This document shows positions 1-12,600 of a stretch of 64,000 nt of DNA, in pieces. Below the pieces are notes generated by a model. That model was not told the DNA's origin. It searched no databases and saw nothing but the letters and a program-made list of their open reading frames with translations. The stretch comes from Veleropilina oligotropha (lineage: Eukaryota): assembly GCA_048128005.1 (NCBI GenBank), contig JBEUKZ010000127.1:248001-312000 (forward strand). The letters run 5' to 3'. The position numbers and the translations under genes are program-made. Each line of letters starts with the position of its first letter. The first letter of the stretch is position 1.

Positions 1-425
1 GTACAGTCTTGCCATTGTACGCCGCTTCCCTCGCTTCGATAACATAGGCATAGTGTCTGTGTGTCGACTAGGCGGTGCGCAATACAAGTAATTTCACCGG
101 TGCACATAAATAAAATATCCGTTACAAAGAATATCGTTGCAACCCACTACATCGCTCCTCAAGTCACAATATAAGTTTTACCATAACATAAAACTAAGAC
201 CATGGAGCGGTCAAAGTTCGGGATACATCGAGCCAATAGTGGCAATACAATTATGTCAATAAACTAGTTGAAAGAATCAATAATTTATTATTAAATTTTT
301 AATAACAAAATTAAATATTAGTTTAAACTTTGTACCCGGTAATTAGTTTTAATAATTATATGTATATATGTATCATATACATGCCATATCTGAGTGCTCG
401 TTTCTAGGTAGCACCTACGACATAT

Positions 426-1206
426 TTGCTGCGTTTTTTTGACTTCTGGTTACAACCAAAGTGACTTGTGGTTGTAAACAAAAAAGTGTTTGACGCTTTG
501 GTTACAAACAGGGATCTCTCATTGTGCGCCCAAACCTAACCAGAAAAAGGAGCTGTTCCACTGTTTGTGGTTACAAGATGGCCGCCTCCTCGTCAGATCT
601 AGCGCCAAGTCTTTTCCAATATTATTATCCAATTCGACAAGTGGACAACACTTTAATGAAGGACGACAATGGCTTTCTGGTCTTTGTCCATAAAATAGGT
701 GCGTTGTATGAAATAACGATCTGAAATTACTTCAATTCGGTATTTTACCATCGCTAATCGTGCTAAGTGCCAAGGGAGACAATCGATGTTTTGTACGAGT
801 AAATAGCTTATCCGGCAAATGCAGTCTAGATTATAACAATTTTACATATTATATGCCTATAACCTGCTTCAAATTGACGTCGTCGAATGAATTTGAATGG
901 ATTAAATTGTACATGAATAACATTGGATTTATCCAAAATTAGCTCTACAAATTTACTATCGATGGAAAGCCGTTTTGCAATCGATTCTTGATGTATAATC
1001 AACATATCATCGGCAGATATATCATCATCCATTAACATGGGAACAACAACAGCTAGAATGTCATCCATTTTATTTTGCCTGTTTCTAACCAAAGCGTTTT
1101 TTTCACTCTTGGTTACAACCAGAAATTTGGTTGGAACACAACAGTGGTAACATTTTTCTGGTTAGAACCTGAGGTTACAACCACAAATGTCAAGAAAACG
1201 CAGCAA
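426..1206. mobile_element. MITE in EMG1 intron 1
   Basis: TIRs ttgctgcgtttt..gac / gtcaagaaaacgcagcaa; repeated subterminal tggttacaacc motifs at both ends. Confidence 0.7.
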
Positions 1207-1356
1207 TTATCATGGAAGGATAGCCCGTAATACCAAGTGATACCTACTCGTCAAAACAAATCACTACAGCAGGGGAGATAATTCAGCCAATAACTATCAT
1301 TACTTTTGGCTAAACACTCAAACAATATATGGTAATCAAAATACTTAAGATTTTAC

Positions 1357-1482
1357 CTTCACAGTTTCCAAAGATGCTTTCTCCAATACCACAATTAAAC
1401 GCTTTTTCGATATCCCTTTCTTCACATTTTTGATAATCGTCCCCCTCTCGCCATCAGCGTGGTCATTAATGGAGGCTGCCAT
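1357..1482 (-). CDS. EMG1: First coding exon of ribosomal small-subunit methyltransferase NEP1/EMG1 (remaining exons presumably left of the window)
   Basis: aacaaagATGG start; 126 bp encoding MAASINDHADGERGTIIKNVKKGISKKRLIVVLEKASLETVK, then AAG|gtaaaa donor. RLIVVLExASLETVK is the conserved N-terminal strand of EMG1/Nep1. Confidence 0.9.
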
Positions 1483-1920
1483 CTTTGTTATTATTCTCGA
1501 CACAAAGTGGATTGAATCATATTTTTTATAAATAATAGCAAATACAGTGTTGTTAAGAAATTTAAAATTAAATATGTTGTCATTCATATTTCAAATAATA
1601 TAACTAATTATAATTTTTATGTATTGTCTTCTAACGTGCGATATTGTACGAGAGTTCAAAATCATGTTTATGTTTACCTTTGCAACCGACACGTGCTAAC
1701 AGTAATCCAATGTACATTCGCGAAAGTATAAATGGATGTTAGCTTCATGTTTTGCAGCCACATTTATTCAATGCTTAATAATGGTACTTGCCCCTTTTCT
1801 CAATGATAGGCATCAGTAAATATGATGGAAGTGACGATCGCCACGACCGTCGTGCCAACTAATCCGCATGGTCGTGTCGATAATATTGTTTATATATATT
1901 TATCGGCATGACCAGCTGAT
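1483..1920. promoter_or_regulatory. Probable bidirectional promoter region between EMG1 and the large plus-strand gene
   Basis: Head-to-head arrangement. The plus-strand start exon has an acceptor at 3507, so an upstream non-coding exon is required. The transcription start cannot be located from sequence. Confidence 0.45.
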
Positions 1921-1937
1921 GACTGGCTATCTTCTTA

Positions 1938-2471
1938 GGGAGTGGCTATTCACCCGGTGACCGGGCGCGTATAAACATCGCAAATGGCTATTCACCCGGT
2001 GACCAGGCGCGTATAACATCGCAAATGGCTATTCACCCGATGACCAGTGTGCATTATTACCGGCGTTAACCATTTACGAAAACAAGAATTGTAACTTATT
2101 GGCGCATCCTTCCCTATAAGTCTTGCCTAAATTATAGTAATACAAATGAATGCCCGATCAGGGCTTGAAGCCGCGTCATGGGCAAATATCACGGGCCATT
2201 GACGCTAACCAGAAATATGAGCGAAATCTATCATCGACTTGCTACCCACCCACTGATTACGTATAATATTATACGTAATCAGTGGGTGGGTAGCAAGTCG
2301 ATGATGGATTTCGCTCATATTTCTGGTTAGCGTCAATGGCCCGTGGCAAATATATAAGACATGGAGGTTTTAGTAGTTTGCGCGTCACACGTGACATATT
2401 TGACCAATAAGTGGCCGTCCGGGTGAATAGCCATTGCGAAATACGCGCCCGGTCACCGGGTGAATAGCCTC
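1938..2471. mobile_element. Non-autonomous TIR element with an apparent 13-bp TSD
   Basis: ggctattcacccggtgaccgggcgcgtat repeated three times at left and inverted at right; flanks ggctatcttctta (1925-1937) and ggccatcttctta (2472-2484). Confidence 0.7.
2190..2345. mobile_element. 156-bp spacerless palindromic MITE nested in the previous element
   Basis: 78-bp arms with one mismatch, CACG...CGTG ends, 8-bp TSD gcaaatat. Confidence 0.9.
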
Positions 2472-3561
2472 GGCCATCTTCTTATCGACTGTCAAATTGG
2501 GGGGGGGGGGGGGGGGGGGCACCCCAAATTAGACCTTCGTTGGCATTTTCAATACACTGCCGTACTATAACATAATTATGTTATCAATGGCAGTCAGTAA
2601 AAGTTACTGCTACATTTTCCAAATTACTTACCTTGTTGGTGATTTATTAATGATTTTTTCAACATTTTAATATTGAATATATTACACCTACATGTTTATA
2701 AAAACCCTATAAAAATGTGGGGTTGTCTGGAAGTATCCACGTGCTGTTGAGAACAAGTTTAAACACATTAAATGTTGAATTTGAAAATAGGCGCCAGGTT
2801 TATGTTCTACCGAAAATTATTCAGCACCTATATTAGAAGTTATTAAATTATTACGGTATTAACAACGCTTGATTATGTCGCTATGATAACTTGGTCAAAT
2901 ATAATTTGTGTATAGTCATTGTTCATGTTGTTATTCATTTTGATGGTTGGTTAATGGCAACATTATTTTGCGACTATTTTGTGCAATTTTTAAGCCGTAT
3001 CACAGTCTGATTTAAGGTGTCAATCCGATCTGACCGACTATAGGGCATATATGTTGTCTATTATTTTAGTGGTTGATTGAGCCTCAGCTGTCCTCGAACC
3101 CAGGACCAACTAACAGCTTTGGTTGAGAGCCTGACAGGGTAACCATGAAACCCTAACCACTCACCCACCATTGCCAAAATAATATAAATATTATAATATT
3201 TATATACAATATAATAATAATAGTCATTACAAACTTATAGCTATATGGATATATCCAATCAGATGTGGTATTTTTCAGCACAAACCGATAATAACAATAT
3301 TGCAGTTTTATAATGACCATGTCTATGGTGCGAAATAATGAGGATGCACATGTTCAAAGGAATGCAATGATCAGATATTTGATCTGCTTACTAATATCTG
3401 TTAAAAGAATGTAAAACACTCATATTTTATTGTATACTTTATATTTGGTAATATAAATATGTGTAATAGATGACTATTTCGTCATGTGACTTACTTGAGT
3501 TTTTCAGATGTGTAGCATGACGTATCGTGGTTCATTGATGCTCTGAGATGCTGGATGGCGG

Positions 3562-3612
3562 ATGATGTCACGTCGTGGAACTCAATCATCTGGAGCTAAT
3601 AAGCCAAGCAGT
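3562..3612 (+). CDS. Host gene coding exon 1 ([17 protein letters not shown])
   Basis: ttttcag acceptor at 3507 (5' UTR part), ATG at 3562, gtcagt donor, phase 0. Confidence 0.6.
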
Positions 3613-6600
3613 GTCAGTAATTAACTATAATGATTGTAATGTTAACACCTGTTGCTGAGATTATTTCTAACTTATATATATAATGAAACTGTTGTTTAAT
3701 GACCACGTGGACAATATTTAAGTCATAATCAAGTCTAATTAATGCTGATATAAGGGAGGGAGGAATGATGCTTAATGTCCTGTATATTTACAACATCGAG
3801 GTTCAAGGCATGACATGTCCATGTTATCGCTGGAGGAAACGCCGGTCGCCCGGGTAAACCCGCCCTCTTCGGCCAGTCGCGGACAACTGTGATTCATAAA
3901 TTGAACAAATGTCAATGCCTCAGCCAGGTATTGAACCCACTACTGTTCGCATTAGCCGAATCAAGCCAGTGAATTTAGAGTGGACACTTACCCTAATGCT
4001 GATATAAACTGTCACAACTTAGTGGTAGAACACAAGACAGAGATGTGTGGTTCAATCCCATTATGCAATGACGCTCCTTGTGCAAGGACATCAGGACATA
4101 AGAGCCAGGGTTCACAAAAGGTAACTTGAGGGCTCGGTTATATTAATTATGGCTTAATCAATAGTCAGGTGACTGAATAAGTTGCCGTGATTGGATGGGA
4201 AAGCTCGACAATGAACATAAGACTCTGAAAGTGATTGTCACTGCATATCATATGAATTTGTCTCAGTTTTACCATATCCAACGCCGTATGCGCAGAAATT
4301 ATTGCATTGTGTTCTGAAGTCAACGGTTACAATTTCCATTTGCACATTAGTTATGATGAGGTCATGACCCCAGGCAATTTTGAATATTTTGCATTCAATA
4401 TGGCTACGTGGTACGTATACACCACCTCAAGTTGTGGGCTCGAGGATTTGGCTACTTTTTAATATGTTATTGATATCATATGCATTTTCAGTTTGATAAC
4501 ATTACACATTAAATATGTGAATGAAAATCCAAGCACTTAATATCATATACTTGTGTCTACCACAGTGATGGTCAGGGCATAACACTCGATCAAGTAAATT
4601 AAGCCTCTAGAATTATTTGAATGTGTAGAGAAAATACAGTATGCATAATATTATTTCATTCAATTTTGTTCAGAAAGCTCAATACAGACCTGTCGTATCC
4701 AGTCAAAGTAGACGGTCAAGTCAAGGGAGACGACCAAGTAGACAATCGCAACAGAATCTCAACCCTATTTCCGAGAGATATGCAGATACAGTTTTCACTG
4801 AGGTAAGTATGTTTTGCCATCATGGCGTCAAAATAAAAATTACATGCAAATTATTTAAAATTTGCATTACATTTTTTGTCATTTACATATGATTGATAGA
4901 TATTTCGGACAACGTCATTATTGTATGTCCTTATATCTCTATATAAATGTAAATTTGTACAATTGCAGTAAAAGCTGCCTGTGGGTTGGCGGACAAGAGC
5001 AATGCATTCATCTGACTGCAATACTTCATAGAAGTAATTATGCATATCAGATCAAATGGCGTAACCACAGATAATAATATGCAGGCTGTCAAAGGTGCAT
5101 TGATCATGTACTGTTAATTATAGGATAATTTTTAATGGTATCATGAAGATCTCTAAGGCAATTTGCGAAATTATGCCTGCTCTAGTTTTGGGTAACGTTA
5201 TCCCCCATAATATCATAAGAGGGGCACGTCCATAGAAATCTATCATCTTTAAGCAAACTGTGGGTTGCTGACATGTTGTTATCCTAATATTGTTATCATC
5301 ATAGAGCACAAACCTCTACGGGTAAATGATATTATTTGCACCATCATAAATATGTTAATACAACGTTGTTGATCTCCTCATCTTATATTATTTACAGGCT
5401 ATAAAAAAATTGAAATTTCATTTAATACTAGGTCTTCATTCTTTTCATCGTGTATTTCGTCAGGGGACCGTGCTTCTGCCGAGGGAACCGTATGAGCCGC
5501 CATTCGGATATGATCCACCAGCTGCCAGCGTTTTCCTTAAATATATCCAGGAAACAGGATTGAAGGAAAACTTCTGGAACTTATGTTACCTTCTTCTCAA
5601 CCGTTCGGATCTTCCATACAACCCTTATCCAGGGTTCGTAGGGCGACTGAGACAAAATGGGGAGCGGTTAGTTTTATTCATAGTTTATTAAATTTCTTGT
5701 TTTAATGCATGTAGAGTAAATAATCAGATTATCAATGTAATCGTTGAAAAGTATTTAAAGGTATGAAAGTTAAAGGATATGACATATAATTGAATGTATC
5801 ATATCTGTTTATCACAATAAAATGTACTTGTCTGAACGACTGTTTTTAATATGGTAAATATGCTCCAATTGAAGTCAATTTGTTTTTCGCCAATGTTGAT
5901 AGTACATTAAGATTAACATATATATCTATATATGTTTAGATTTCACCTGGAAAGTAAATCTAAAATGGAGATTCTGAAGTCCCTTGGTAAGTGACAAAAT
6001 ATTTTAGTACATTGCTTTAAAGCAAGCAAGGCTAGCATATAGAACATGCTAATGATTGATAAAAGCACGCACACAGATTTCGATAAATTAAAAAAAAAAA
6101 GTGACTGCGATTAGATGTACCAGAAGAACCCAAGATGGTGTATCCATATTGCAACACTTGGACATGGTATGTTGTACACCGTTTGACATTAAATAGGTGT
6201 ATAACATGTCGTATACTACCAAGACGAATATTCAACAACAAATTTATCTTGCTTTTAATTTGAATTATAATTTCCAAACCTATTAAATAATTTAGTTTAT
6301 TTTGTGAGCGCAGCCATATACATGATCTGGATTCTGTATGGGTACAGGTAAAGATCATTTATCAAGATTCTTTGCACTGACGCACGTGAAAGACCCAGCT
6401 CTTGGGAACGTCTTCGGATGGACTTTTCGGACTCCTTCCGACAGAATCTCTGACCGCATTCACATTGTCAGGAGATCTGGATGTTTCTACCTACTTGTTG
6501 ATGTTGTTTACTGATCCTGTGGCTTGAAATTTGTGTACCCAATGATAAATTTTGCTTTTCTGGGGATAGTTGTTAAAGTTGAACTTCCTGCGAAGTTTTG

Positions 6601-9600
6601 CGTGCACCGTTTCGAATGATTTCCTCTCCAAATAAATAGTGACGCAAAATATTTTTTGCTCCTTTGTCCAAGGCATTTTGATTGATAATTATTAGTTGTT
6701 ATGGTCTCCTCTCTTTAAATCTGAAAAAAATAGAACAAGAACATTAAAATAGATAATTATTAGTTGTTACGGTCTCCTCTTTAAATCTGAAAAAATAGAG
6801 CAAGAACATGAATATTGGCAGAATTATTAGCAGTCACATGAGTTCCATGTATATTGAGACACCCTGTATAATGGTATTTACGTAACTAACGTCATCCAAT
6901 CAGAACGGCAGTTTAATGCAATAAGCAAGATAAGATGGAATGATACCTGCATGGATGGAGATGATGACAGGCTACAAGCACTTTGCATTGAGCTCCATTT
7001 CCACAGAGGTCCACACAGAATAATATAAATGTGCAATAAAATGAAATAAAAGGTGATTTTGTATAAAAAAGTTACAATTGCAACGCTGTTGATGCTAGTG
7101 ATTGCACAGGCAAGATCTAGACCCAGTGTGTCTATTTTACACTGTGGTGATGAATTTATGTTTAAAGACCACGCCAACAGTATTTCAGTTATAAATCGGA
7201 TCAATCAACTTTGAATACATAGGTTGCAGATACGTGACCAAAACCACGTGATCGCCAGTAATCCGTCACCACGCCGGGCAAGCTATCTATGTGTAGTCAA
7301 TCATGAATACCGGTCAATATATATATATATATATGTAAGTTTCTCTAGAAATCAATTAAATATGAGTGTGGTTAATTACGTGTGAAAGAGCATTCAGTTA
7401 ATGTTTGAATATTCACGAAATTGAGTTGGAGATGTTGCAACCGCAGATCGAGAAAACAATTTAAAGAAAGCAAATACTAGCATTTATTTTTAATAAGCTG
7501 CTGTTATATACGGTCTTCAGTTAATTTGTCCCTACGTTTGATGCGTATCATTATATAAATTATCGTATGTAAATTAGTAAATGTAGTAGGACTATTATAG
7601 TACATACTTTTTATCATTTTACCGATGAATAATTGAATGTTTCTCAGACTTAAAAGTCATGCAAAGAGCACGTACGTCGCACGTCGTTCATTAATTAGTA
7701 CCACTCTGCAGTGCTAATTGTTATTTTTCAATGGTGATTGTCTAGTTGGTTGATAATCCAATTGAGAGCACAGGATGTCAGCCAAGCTGATAAATAGGTA
7801 ACATTTTATGTGTCATACCCATTGTTTCTTGTGAACACGTCTACAAAAATAATTTGACTGAAATACCCAGCTTGCGCAGTTTGAACGTTCGATCCTCAAT
7901 AAGATATAGTTCTTGGTCTAATTAAACAAACAATTTGTAGTAGGTCTACATTTCCAATATTAACACGATTAATATTTTATTTGTCTATTTTTCTTTGGTG
8001 CAGAAATCGGTGTTAAACGTAACGTGACGCACATGTTTGGAAAATCTACAGAGCTCTGTATCAATGCGCGTATGATTTAGTTCATTAAATACCGTAATAC
8101 ACTCGGAATGGGAAAATTGTTTTCACTTTACTATGGATAACATTTCATTTTGCATGCACAATCATAGGGACTACCATAGGCGCCTGCATGTTATAAGTCA
8201 ATATGAATCAATATATCAGATTTTGAGGGGCCATTGGCGGTCTGATATGTTGTTTCTATCCGATGAATATACAAAAAGGTATATATAAGGCTATGGCTAG
8301 GCATAATAGCCTAAAATTGGACCAGTTATTTAATTTAAATGAGGAAGGCTCTGCTAGCTAGCTAGCGCTGTTGTTGGATGAACTAAACCAAATCGAACCC
8401 AAACGACAATGTATATTTAATATATTGAAAGTACCGTCACAACACTTCCATGAATTTCCATCTTTATCATTTATTTCCACATAATTGAATCGATTTTATA
8501 TACCGTAATGTTATATCCCTTGTGCTATTTCTTTCCCGCCAACATGGCGCCGCGCACATAATTATGGGACTGCGTGACATCATCTACAACCTATGTATTG
8601 AATGATAAAATGAAGTGGTGCTGTGAGGCAGCGATCATTGGATAAATCCCCATCACTCCCTGGGCTTGAACCCGTGACCTCCCGTTACTATCCACTCAGC
8701 CATGCTGCCCCCCCCCCCCCACTATGGTCATTACATGCAAATAAATAATACTTTGCAACACATTAAATATTAAGTTTAACATAATTTAAATATTCATTTG
8801 TACAATCATATTATATCTCTCCCTGTCCTCGATAGCTCAACTGGCTAGAAACGGCTTAAAACGTTAAGTGGGATGGTAGAATGTGAGTTCAAACCCGCTC
8901 CGGCCTGCCTTATTCTAAGTCTTAAAATTATAGATTGCATTTCCCTAATGTATGTCGGTCAGATCGGAGTGAGACCTTAAACCGAGTGTCCCGACTGCGA
9001 TAACTAAGGCAGAAAATTACCAATGGGGTGGTAAAACAAAGTTGTCAACTCAATTCAACTCTCCCTGTATTCACCATAAAACCAGTCTGATTGACAATAA
9101 TGTTGCGACCTGTCAACACGAGATTTAATATGAACATATATAGAGGCGCATTATTTCTCTGTTTCTAGCCCAGCCCATCCAGGAAGTCACACACTCCCAT
9201 TTGTACATGGCCAAGGTTAATCCGGTAGTATGTGGCCTGTTCAACATCATCCAATCCGTGGATTCTGCCGGCTTGATGAAGTACAACTGGCTGCTTGATG
9301 ACCTATTCCCTGATGCAGAGACACTGTACACAACAGACGGATATACGGTAAGGAATGACACATCACCAGGTCACCATAATGATTACATACACGTTCACTT
9401 TAATTATCATTTCACCAAATTCAAAGAAGGAATGCTATGCCTTAGAAATGGGTTTAATATATTGGAGCAAATAAATGGAAAAATGTACTTCTATTTTTCT
9501 GTCATTTACAACTTGTCATTCAGTTTTTCTTGTGGTATCATCTTCAGTCAGGACATCGTTCACATAATGTGCAAGTATTACAAGTATGTAAAGAGTTTTT

Positions 9601-12600
9601 TCCTGGTGCCATAACAGGTAACTCACCATTTGTTTGTCAGCATTCGTGTAATTCCAATTGTAATACATTTCTGACTATATAAGGGAATAATAATTATATA
9701 ATATTATTACATGTAGTTAATGTAATTAAGTTATCACAGCACTCATGGACCCCTTGCTTTCCCACCTGTTTAGTGTTTCATTAACTTAATTGTCCATATT
9801 CACAAAACAAGTTTTGGCGATTTACTTCATTATTTTCAGAATCAGGTAATGATTGGGCTCGTCGGTCAAGCAGCATTCCACGGAACATTTTATCCACGTC
9901 CGGATCTGATTCAAGTCCGGCTGGAACACCTGATAACGGGATCACAGTTGTCACAGGCAAGTAATGTGGGCACGGAATAATTACCATATATGATGTTAGG
10001 CATTTGATACATAATTATATTATTTATATTTTCACAATATTGTAGTAGTAGTTAGCTACAGGTGCCAGGCATGTGGTTCAATCCTGTGCAATTATGCTAA
10101 CATTTCACTATATATCCAAGCACTGGCTGGTCTCAATAATACTGAACTTCAACTGCAGGAATCTAATAAGAATTGGTACGTTCAGTGGATTTGACCAACT
10201 CTTGTCTGTTGTAGATTACCAACTTGATTGGTCCAAAACTTTTTAATAATATGTGGTAATTGCTTAGACTCTGTTCATAAGACCCTTTGATTCATTTATT
10301 CATTTATGCTAGTGATATTGTGGTTATCTGGTGAATCTACCTTAAAGTTTGCAGAGTGTGTGTTTTTTTCTATCTCTTTAGGGGATCACCGTATTTGTGA
10401 ACAGCGTCATGGCGGCACTGGACGAAATGGTGGAATCACCGCATATCCTCCTGGGTTAGTTTAACATGAAGGCTACTAAGTATGTAGTAAGGTGCACCTT
10501 TGAAAATATTTAAATTCTTCCAACTATTTTCTGGATTTTTTTATAGCTTAAAAGTTAAATTGTTTTTCAGATATCGTAAAAATTTGGGTCCTTCAATTAT
10601 TTAATTATTGTATAATCATACCTTTATATTGTGCTGTAATAAACGTTGATTTGAAGAAAGACATTTTTTATCGTACATATATACCTTTAATGTATGTTTG
10701 TTACAGTAAAATATGTATATGTTTCTCTCTACTTGTGGTGTTACATATTCAATCATTATGCAGTTTCTGTCTGATAAACTAAATTGAATCTTTTCTGCCA
10801 TGTGACGATTTCATATGATTGCTTTTTATATAATAGGAGTTAACTTACCTGTAACTGTCCAGACCTCGAACACTGATAGCGACCAGTCTTTTTGGAGCCC
10901 TGACCAAGTTCAGCAAAATAAGGTATTTTAAAGGCGCCTGATTAATGGAATTATCATGGAGTCACAGTTAATGACTTTTGATCATAATCTCTGGTAAAGA
11001 AATCATATCATAATATATGTTATACATTGCTTGTATAATATATAGTAAAATTGGTAATATTGATGTCAGTTAATAATTGGTAAAATTGGTTTCAGTTAAA
11101 CTATTGGCCGTGTATAATTTGGGCCCCGCAGGGAGGCCTATAGTGATCACCTTTTCCGTCCGTCCGTCTTTCCGTCCGTCCGTGCGTCCCAGCATTGAGG
11201 TCCCAGGTTAACGTTTCTTTTGCTCAATCTTCAGGTTAAGGTTCCAGGTTACATGTTCATTTGCCCAATCTTAAGGTTAAGGACAAGACACTTTTGACTT
11301 TTAAAGAGATTTTAATGTTATTGTGATTTTCATATTTTATTTAATTATTATTTTAAAAGGAAATATAACTTTATTGAATTTCGACCACTGGTCTCTTTGT
11401 CAGCCTTGCTCTAGGCTTGTAGTGTATACTACATGCACAGTAAGCAGTGTGACTTAACGTGACAGTTTGTGAGGCTTTATACTTGTATATAGCTTCCCTG
11501 TTTGGAATATCCAACAGGTTCTTTGATCATGATATTATGCCGATCAAGAGTAAACTGTATCCCATGGTCAGTGAAGGTCCCAGGTTAATGTTTAATTTGC
11601 TCAATCTTAATGTTAAGGTCCCAGGTTAAAGTTTTGTTTGCCAAATCTTCACATTAAGGTCCCAGGTTAAAGTTTTGTTTGTCCAATCTTCACAATAAGG
11701 TCCCAGGTTAAAGTTTTGTTTGCCCAATCTTCTCATTAAGGTCCAAGGTTAAAGTTTCATGTGCCAAAATGTTGACAAAGTGTAATAAAGTATTATAATA
11801 AATCTTTGTTTCTGCACTATAACTCAAGAAATATAGCACTAAGTATCTTTAAATCTGAAAGTTGCTTGGTAGGTGAATCTTATGACAAGGAAGAAGACTG
11901 TTCATTTTCAATGATATCATTCAATTTTTTGTTTGCAGACGTTAATCAAGTAACTACGCAAATATACGAATTAGTAAATTTATTTTGTTTATTCATCTAA
12001 ATATTATGTGTGTATGATGAAAGGGACATGTGCTTATCTGTAAGACTTGCTCACTGCCATTAGGCATAGTAAGCTGTTAAGCTTAATGGTCACTCTGTGA
12101 AGATGGAATTATCAAAATCGGAATTAAACTGATTTTGAAATCTGTCTTCCCATTGGTTCATTTCAATGGTTTCTTGAAATGGCAGTATTTGTTGTCATTA
12201 TACAAGAGCAGACTGTATACAGTGTCCAATATCACTCTGGTCAACTGGTCAGGGGTCAAATTATCAGCTAATATTTGAAATAAATTCAAAGCAAGGCGGC
12301 CCTATAGTGATCACCTTTTCCATCCTTCCGTCCGTCCGTCGCAGATTTGGTTAAGGTTCATGTTAACGCTTCTGTTAACACACTTTGCCTTGAATGTATG
12401 GCAATAAATGAACAAGAGAATGTTCCTACATGCTGTAGTGGCATTAGTTTAAGGAATTTGACATGTTTAATGGACATTGAAGGGAATTAAGCTATACAAG
12501 TCTTGGTTAAGGTGTTTGGTTAAAGCTTCCATTTGGTGCTAATACTTCATATTTTCATATGCTTTGTTTGATAAAGACACTTTTTTGTCAAAGGTTTGTT

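Noticed and set aside
490..1092. Short ORFs at 490-1092
   Set aside because: They lie inside a MITE in EMG1 intron 1, with no splice-supported or recognisable protein.
8823..8910. tRNA gene (also 53350-53419, 47320-47400, 55860-55955)
   Set aside because: A/B boxes are present but there is no complete cloverleaf; each is followed by a shared body and tail, so these are SINE heads.
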